Of a DNA stretch of 64,000 nucleotides, positions 39,201 through 48,577 are shown one piece after another (position 1 is the stretch's first letter; each line of letters starts with the position of its first letter). The stretch is from assembly GCF_006345805.1 (NCBI RefSeq), contig NC_043005.1, positions 74,772,001-74,836,000 of the forward strand. The letters run 5' to 3'. Source of the DNA: Octopus sinensis (lineage: Eukaryota). The notes beneath the pieces are model-generated. The model was given only the letters and a program-made list of their open reading frames with translations, had not been told where the DNA came from and made no database searches. The position numbers were made by a program, and so were the translations under genes.

Positions 39201-42200
39201 CCATGCCCAGGGAAGTAAGGCGTTCAGGATATGGCAACTGCCTGATGGAGGGTATTCTTTTGGTTGCACGTCGCTGAACAGCATCCAGACGATTGATATC
39301 CTGGGCAAGATAGGGGTTCCAGACCGGTGATGCAAATTCCAGGTGAGGTCTTACCATAGACATTATTCAATGTGTCTCCTCTTTCTCTTGAAATATGAGG
39401 GAGATTTGGCTGCTATTTCTAGCAGCCGAACAACCGTGTAGAGGCTACCACTCGTATTTTTAGAACTGTTATTTCAATGGTGATGATAATGATGAATATT
39501 TTTTATTACTTTCCCTATGACTACAAAGAGAATATATTATAAACTCTTTCAAATATATTGTTTAATGGTCAGTTGTGATTATCAGTGTAGGCAGGCATCC
39601 CTGAAAACTACTTTTGGTTGCTTTTATTATTTTAAGAAAGTATGTAGCCACCTGTTGATGTGTGAACTTAAATGATTTTCACATCTGGGGCGTATTTACG
39701 GAACTCACTGGCAACAGGATTTTCAAATAGATATTCCACATAAATTTATAATTCAATTTAAGATGTTATTAGCTTGGCTAGCTGACTCATGCTTCATTAC
39801 TTATTAGTCCAGTTATATACTGTCTCCATTTAGGCCCACTCAACTCATCTGTTTCTCTTTTCCTTACATTACCTGTACTGTCACAACACTTTGTGGCTAC
39901 ATTAATAATTTGTCCAATTTGCCTTTCATCCTTCCAGGGTTAACAAAATAAGTACCAGTTGAGAACTGGGGTCAATGTAATCCCGAACTTGCTGGCCTTG
40001 TGCCCAAATTTGAAACCAATATTTTTATGAGAATCAAAAGAAATAGGAATGTTATTTAAAATTCTGCAAGAAATATCTGAATCTCAACATTAATATATAT
40101 ATATATTAATAGTTGATAAGCTTAAAGCTTATTAGCGATCACTGTTTAATAACTAAAGAAAGTAGGGTTCTGTACAGTTGTGGGCTCAAGTCTCTTGCAT
40201 ACAGAAACCCTACCTTTTTCTGTTGGGGCTTATATGCCCCAATATTAGATTATTTTCTTTAGTCATTACATGATGATTGCTTATATGTAAGCTTTAAGCT
40301 TATAAAATGTTATTATCATTTACAAATTGTAAAAATCACTGCTTCTTCTCAAATGCCCTGCCCCTCTCATAATTCCTTGTCTTGAGTGTTGCTTGGTTTC
40401 CCTGCCATGCGGGCCACTTAAAAGCATCTAGTCCACACTGTAATGTGGTTGGTGTTAGGAATGGCATCCAGTCTTAAAATCCCTGCCAAACAGACACAGT
40501 AACTCAGGGTAGTTTTTCTACCTGGCTGGCTCCTGTCAACCGTGCTACCCAAGCATGCATGGAAAATGGATGTTAAAAGTATGCATGTCTTTGGAGTGCT
40601 CAGCTAATTACACATTAATTTCATGAGCAGGCTGTTCCATCGATTGGATCAACCAGGACACTCATCATCGTAACCAATGGAGTACCAGTTATGTATGGAC
40701 CTGCATACATAACTACATACTGGCTGTCAACTTGTAAACAAGTATGACCATCACTGATTAATTATCTTATCCTAGATGTTAAAGACAATGGCTGTCAGCA
40801 ATCATTGCTGAAATTTAAAGTCAATAACAGCTTGCACAACAATGCTAAGACTCTCACCTACAAAGTGAAGTAGTCCAGAAACAAACAAAAGCAAGATCTG
40901 TGGCATCATAATGAGGCAGGTGTTATTTTGGAATTTCCTTTCCTTCTATGTAAATTGAGGTAACGACCCTTCCAGTGGTCTATCATGTATGGAGATATTA
41001 CATCTGGTATATCTTGGTCCTCGCACAGAAGTGGGCATAGCAAAAAGAAGAATCAGTCGACATCATTGGATGCAAATGAAGTCACAGATGTTATATCAAA
41101 GTTTTCCTTCTCCTATAAAGATGTCTAAATAAAGTTTAGGGGTCTCTCACTCGTATCTGTTGGACGGCCGATGTCCCTACTGAGTTCATCCATTTTTTGA
41201 CAGATATTACTTTTTGTCCTGCATAGTCTCTAATAGAGTTGCTGGTTTAGTTACCGATAGCCCAGTCATGCAACAAGTTGTAATGGGTTACTTGTTACTA
41301 GTAAACAACAAGTTACCTGACATGACATGCGAACACACACACACACACACACACATTGTTGACTAAGTTCAAACAAAAGAGACTTGTTTTTCGGTTAGAA
41401 ATTGAATCTCTCATTACTAAAAATAATAATAATGAAATTAATTGTATACAGTGCTCAGGTGCACTACAACTTGTCAGAAAGTGCATATAAAGTACATGCA
41501 GTAATGTAGAAATGTCTGGAAAGCGAACAATGTATGAGTCAGATACATGCTTGTGTGTGTATGGAGGGGAGAAAATCAAGTGTAGTGTTGGCGAATCTCA
41601 GGAAGCATGGAAGTTTTGAAGGATGCAGTGCTCCGACAACTAACAACTGATGCCGGCAGTTTGTTCCATGCTTCAGCAACTCTCAGCGTGAAAAAATGTT
41701 TCCTGAAGTCATGGGAGCTGTGCTGTTTTCTTACTTTGTAAATATGTCAACAGGTGTTAGATGGGTGGAGTTTGAAAAGGTGCTCAAATTTATTGTTTGT
41801 ACGATGGTTGATAATTTTATGGGTGTCTGCCAAGTCAGCTGCCAGACGTCGGAGTTTCAATGTGTCCATGCCCAGGGAAGTAAGGCGTTCAGGATATGGC
41901 AACTGCCTGATGGAGGGTATTCTTTTGGTTGCACGTCGCTGAACAGCATCCAGACGATTGATATCCTGGGCAAGATAGGGGTTCCAGACCGGTGATGCAA
42001 ATTCCAGGTGAGGTCTTACCATAGACATTATTCAATGTGTCTCCTCTTTGAAATATGAGGGAGATTTGGCTGCTATTTCTAGCAGCCGAACAACCGTGTA
42101 GAGGCTACCACTCGTATTTTTAGAACTGTTATTTCAATGGTGATGATAATGATGAATATTTTTTATTACTTTCCCTATGACTACAAAGAGAATATATTAT

Positions 42201-43562
42201 AAACTCTTTCAAATATATTGTTTAATGGTCAGTTGTGATTATCAGTGTAGGCAGGCAATCCCTGAAAACTACTTTTGGTTGCTTTTATTATTTTAAGAAA
42301 GTATGTAGCCACCTGTTGATGTGTGAACTTAAATGATTTTCACATCTGGGGCGTATTTACGGAACTCACTGGCAACAGGATTTTCAAATAGATATTCCAC
42401 ATAAATTTATAATTCAATTTAAGATGTTATTAGCTTGGCTAGCTGACTCATGCTTCATTACTTATTAGTCCAGTTATATACTGTCTCCATTTAGGCCCAC
42501 TCAACTCATCTGTTTCTTTTCCTTACATTACCTGTACTGTCACAACACTTTGTGGCTACATTAATAAATTTGTCCAATTTGCCTTTCATCCTTCCAGGGT
42601 TAACAAAATAAGTACCAGTTGAGAACTGGGGTCAATGTAATCCCGAACTTGCTGGCCTTGTGCCCAAATTTGAAACCAATATTTTTATGAGAATCAAAAG
42701 AAATAGGAATGTTATTTAAAATTCTGCAAGAAATATCTGAATCTCAACATATATATATATATATATTAATAGTTGATAAGCTTAAAGCTTATTAGCGATC
42801 ACTGTTTAATAACTAAAGAAAGTAGGGTTTCTGTACAGTTGTGGGCTCAAGTCTCTTGCATACAGAAACCCTACCTTTTTCTGTTGGGGGCTTATATGCC
42901 CCAATATTAGATTATTTTCTTTAGTCATTACATGATGATTGCTTATATGTAAGCTTTAAGCTTATAAAATGTTATTATCATTTACAGAATTGTAAAAACC
43001 ACTGCTTCCCAAAAACTATATATATATATATATATCATCATCATCATCATCATCTTTTAACATCCATTTTCCATGCATGCTTGGGTAGCATGGTTGACAG
43101 GAGCCAGCCAGGTAGAAAAACTACCCTGAGCTACTGTGTCTGTTTGGCAGGGATTTTAAGACTGGATGCCATTCCTAACACCAACCACATTACAGTGTGG
43201 ACTAGATGCTTTTAATGTGGCACCAGCACTGGCAGGGAAACCAAGCAACACTCAAGACAAGGAATTATGAGAGGGGCAGGGCATTTGAGAAGGGAAAAAT
43301 CATGTCAGAGGATGAAAGGTTAGAGTGTGGCAAAGAGACAGAGAGGCAAAAACAGGTGTCTTGCCACAATAGAAGGGGGCATTAGAGGAGATGATCCAGT
43401 ATCAAATGATGAAAGGTTAGAGTGTAACCGAGAAATAGAGAGGCAGAAATAGGTGTCTTGCTATAGAGGAGGTACATGGTTACCCAGTGAGAGAGAAAGA
43501 GAGTATTGTATGTGTTTTCTTTTTTTCATAACTGTATACCTACTTTATATATATATTTACTG

Positions 43563-43618
<56 letters not shown>

Positions 43619-43630
43619 TAATATATATAT

Positions 43631-43662
<32 letters not shown>

Positions 43663-46600
43663 ATATATATATATATTATATATATATATATAATATATAT
43701 ATATATTTATATATATATATATAATATATATATATATTTATATATATATAAAATGTGTCAAGATTCACACAAATTGTTTTAATATGATCTAAGTTATAAT
43801 CTTCCAGCAAAATTTTATGCTTATTTATTGCAGACCCCAGAAATGAGAAAGTTATTTTACTAAGTTTTTCATTACTTAAAAAATATTTAAAACAAAGGCA
43901 GCATATGTCATATGTTAAGAGAAATTTGTTAACAAAAGGGATACATAAAAAATTTTTCAATTTTATTTTTTTAAATTTGCATTCTAAACAAATATCATTG
44001 CTTAAAATGTTACATAGCTATAGTTTTCTTCTTATCATCATCATCATCATCATCGTTTAACGTCCGCTTTCCATGCTAGCATGGGTTGGACGGTTCAACT
44101 GGGGTCTGGCAAGCCCGAAGGCTGCACCAGGCCAGTCAGATCTGGCAGTGTTTCTACAGCTGGATGCCCTTCCTAACGCCAACCACTCCGAGAGTGTAGT
44201 GGGTGATTTTATGTGCCACCGACACAGGTGCCAGACGAAGCTGGCAGACGGTCACGCTCGAATGGTGTTTTTTATGTGCCACCGCCACAGGTGCCAGACG
44301 AGGCTGGCAGACGACCATGCTCAGATGGTGTTATCAGATGGTCACGCTCGAATGGTGTTTTTTATGTGCCACTGACACAGGTGCCAGACGAGTGGTAATT
44401 TTAGCTCTTTTGATACAAGCCTCTGAGTGTGTGTGTGTGTGTATACATAAATACATATATATATATATATATGTACATAAAAAACACCATTCGAGCGTGA
44501 CCATCTGATAATTACTTAGATCATATTAAAACAATTTGTGTGAATCTTGACACATTTTTTCCCTCTCCATTTTGTTACTCTCACCACATGAAGAGCATAG
44601 GCTTGAAACTTCAAACTAATGCACCTGTTTGTTGTTCACCGGTCTTTATCTTTTGTTTTCTGTACATATGAACCATTGTATCATAGAAACAAAGTCTCCA
44701 GGGAGTTGGTATCCAAAAAAGAGTTTACCACAAATGCCTGTTTAAGGATGAATCTAACATTTATTACCTGTCATTTTTTTTTTAGCTATTATTTTGAAGT
44801 CAAAAGAATATTCTGCCAAGAAGGTAACTGTGAAAAATTAACATACACACATATCCTCTCACAAGGGAAAACAAATGAAAAGCATTATGGTATGTTAATC
44901 CTTTAAATTTAATGTTTATCTGTTTACCCAGTTTTGAATTGTGAAGGCGTATGGCTCAGTGGTTAGAGCATTGGACTCCCAATCATGAGGTAGTGAGCTC
45001 AATTCTTGGACCAGGCTGTGTGCTGTGCTCTTGAACAAGACACTTTATTTCACGTTGCTCCAGTTCACTCAGCTGTGGAAATGAACTGTGATGTCAGTGG
45101 TACCAAGTTGTATCAGCCTTTGCCTTTCCTTTGGATAACATCAGTGGCATAAAGAGGAGAGGCTGGTATGCATGGGCAACTGCTGATCTTCCATAAACAA
45201 CCTTGTCCAGACTTGTGCCTTGGAGGGGAACTTTCTAGGTGCAATGCTATAGTCATTTGTGACCAGAGAAAAATATATAATTACTTGTGTTGATTCATTT
45301 AACTAAAATTCTTCTAGCTGGTGCTCCAGTATAGACACAGTCTAATCACTGGAACAAGTAAAAGATAGAATGTTTTTATTCATTTTTCTTAATTTCTTCT
45401 GAGATTTCAAGTTTGATATTTTAAATTAATATTTGTAATTAGTTATTTAATGAAGAAATAAAAACTTTCACTCCTATAAACTGGCTTATATTTTCATCAT
45501 ATTTTGTAAGGAATTCAATTAGCCGAAGTCTCAACTATACCAAGAAGTGTGGTGGAAGAGGCAAAACAACTTCTACAGATTGTATCTGTTAATAAAAAGG
45601 TAATTAACAGATTTAGTTTTTATGATTAAAAATCAACATTTTATCTTCAGTGAAATTGTTTACTGTAATGGTTGAATAGATTTGCTATTGGACTCACTCA
45701 AAGACATTTCAGTTATTTCATTTTGTTTCTTGGCAAGGCACTTTACATGTTATTACTAAGCAGATTTATGACTGAAGGCATTCCAGAGTCCTGTCATGAC
45801 CATCCCTTTTTAAGTGTGTCTAGGAATACACCATCTAATGCAGTGTTTCCCAATCTAATTTCTCCCATGCTGAGTGGCACTTTGTCAGTCTTTATGTTCT
45901 GAGTTCAAACACCACTGAAGTTGATTTTGCTTTTTGTACTTTCAGGGTTGATAAAATAAGTACCAGTTGAGTACTAGGAATGGAATAATTGGCTATCTCT
46001 CTCCCACAGAATTTCAGGCCTTATGCTTCAAGTAGAAATAATTATTTATAGCTTTATACACTTTGAATATGAAGCTATACCTACGACTTCCTTTTAAGGG
46101 GGTGTTCTAGAACTTGTTTTGGGAGACAGCCACAGTCATTATTCTTGAGCATTTTCCCACACAGCAATGATCTTTCACATTGTCTATACAATTATTTGAA
46201 TGTATACAACTCAAAGAGATCCTTCTCATATTTTCTCATCATTTTACTCACACAAAAATGCAATACACACACATTTTATTATACATTATCTAAAGATTAT
46301 GTTTATTTGTATAAAACAGCTTTTACTGGTAATGTAAGAAAGAATATTATAGGAATAGCATTTAAAATTACAGTTCATAAAATGTAATCTATATGGCTTT
46401 TTTCCATAGAATATAAAATATAAAGGTAAAATATTTTTGTAGGTCACATTATACAACAAATCACAAAATAATATAAAAAAAAAGCAACTATTTTTATTAA
46501 TCTTCAATATAAGTAACTGCTGTGTACACACACACACACACTCACACACACGTGTGCATGCACACGTACACACAGACATACACACACACATGCATACAAA

Positions 46601-47122
46601 CATGGCTATGGTGGTGGTGGTGATGCCCTCAACGCCTGATGACATCGGAGGCCTGTAATCGTGGCATATAATGTGTCTTGGTCATTTGAAACCTACCAGA
46701 AGCCATCCCACTCCAGGTCTGAATTTCAACAATTTCTCCATTGAAAACATGAAAAGAAAATTGACTGGAATTTTGTGCCAAGAATAAAGTTTCAAAGTGC
46801 ATCAAATAGCACATCATAAATGCTGTATTCATTTTTCATGTCATAGACTGTAAATTGTGTGTATGGTAGTGAAACATGGGTATGGAATGCTGAAGATATC
46901 AAGGAACACAACACATTTTATTTACCCCAGGATACACACACATACACATGTGCATATGGGTGTGCATGTGCAGGTGTGTGTATAGAATGTAGATAGGGTT
47001 GTTGTAATATAAGCTGTAACTTCATGAAGCACATCTGCATATTCCAGTTCTCCAAAGTATATCCATAGATGTTATGATTTATATGAGAGTTGAAAATACT
47101 GGAGATCGCTGTTAAATAATGC

Positions 47123-47205
<83 letters not shown>

Positions 47206-47516
47206 ATTAATATAGTGACCACTCTCTTATATTTATTTTATATATATTTATATATATAATCATCATCATCATTTAATGTCTGTTTTCCATGCTAGTATAG
47301 GTTGGACTGTTCAACTGGGGTCTGGGAAGCCAGGAGGCCACACCAGGCTCCAGTCTGATCTGGCAGTGTTTGTACAGCTAGATGCTTTTCATAACGCCAA
47401 CCACTCCGTGAGTGTAGTGCGTGCTTTTTACGTGCCACCAGCACGGGTATCACAACTACAATTTCTATTTGATTTTTATTTTGATGTACTTGACTCAATA
47501 GGTCTCTTCAAGCACA

Positions 47517-47564
<48 letters not shown>

Positions 47565-48530
47565 CATACATACACACATAAGCGCACACCCACACACAAA
47601 TACATATATATAGTGGTGACGTGGTTGAGAACATTGCATCCCAAACATGTGGTTTTGAGTTTAGTCCCACTGCACAGCACTTTGTGTATGTGTGCTTTAC
47701 TATAACCCTTTGCTATCAAAACCTTGTAAGTTGTTAGATTTGGTAGTTAGAAACTGAAAAGAGACAGGGTTTATGTATGCAGTTCTTTAAATCTTCTGTG
47801 AATTACTGCTTGAATTAGATGCAGTAAGGTTAAGTAAATATTCATGGAGCCTTGAAATCCTGTTCAGATAATTGATGGTTGAATTTTTGTGGTTTGACTG
47901 TATTGAAAACAGAATTTTTTCCCATGTATTTTTTAACTATTTCTTTTGCTTTATACTTTGCCTGTTGTAAAGTAAATCTCTTGGACACTATTGTCTCAAA
48001 GCTTAGGACTCATAGGGCTGGTTAACCAAGTTTCCATGACATACAACTGACCGGGATCACATCATTGTCTCTGAATAGGACATCAATCTGTCACATGGTT
48101 ACTCATTTACAGTTGCCACAGTCTGGAGCCAGGTAAAATGAAGTGTTTTGTTCCAGAACAAAATGCAATGCCTGGTCCAGGAATTTGAAACTATGGTCTT
48201 GTGATTGTAAATGCAACACCCTAACCACCAAGCCACTAAGCCTCTTTGACTAGTTATTTTATCTTTAAAATAAGTCCTTTTGATACTTTCCTCTAGTCCT
48301 ATTTATTCACCCAACTTATAGATTTCATCTTATAATCTATAACATATAATATATAAAATATGACCACAGGCATGGCTGTGTGGTAATAAGTTTGCTTTCC
48401 ATCCACATGGTTCTGGGTTCGCTCCTGGGCTAGTGTCTTCTATTATAGTCCTTGGTCGACCAAAGGCTTGTGAGTGAATTTGGTAGACAGACACTGAAAG
48501 AAGTGTGCTGTATCAGTGTGTGTGTATATG

Positions 48531-48577
<47 letters not shown>

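Larger units (their letters stand above)
37911..43008. repeat. Near-identical 2.43-kb direct duplication (37911-40345 and 40578-43008) separated by an inverted copy of downstream sequence
   Basis: Copies differ by a few substitutions and small indels; spacer 40345-40579 is the reverse complement of 43054-43292. Confidence 0.95.

Noticed and set aside
44200-44390. ~55-bp tandem units resembling a repeat-spacer array (also 58180-58600)
   Set aside because: Units are degenerate copies without unique spacers, lie inside eukaryotic mobile elements, and there are no cas genes. Not CRISPR.
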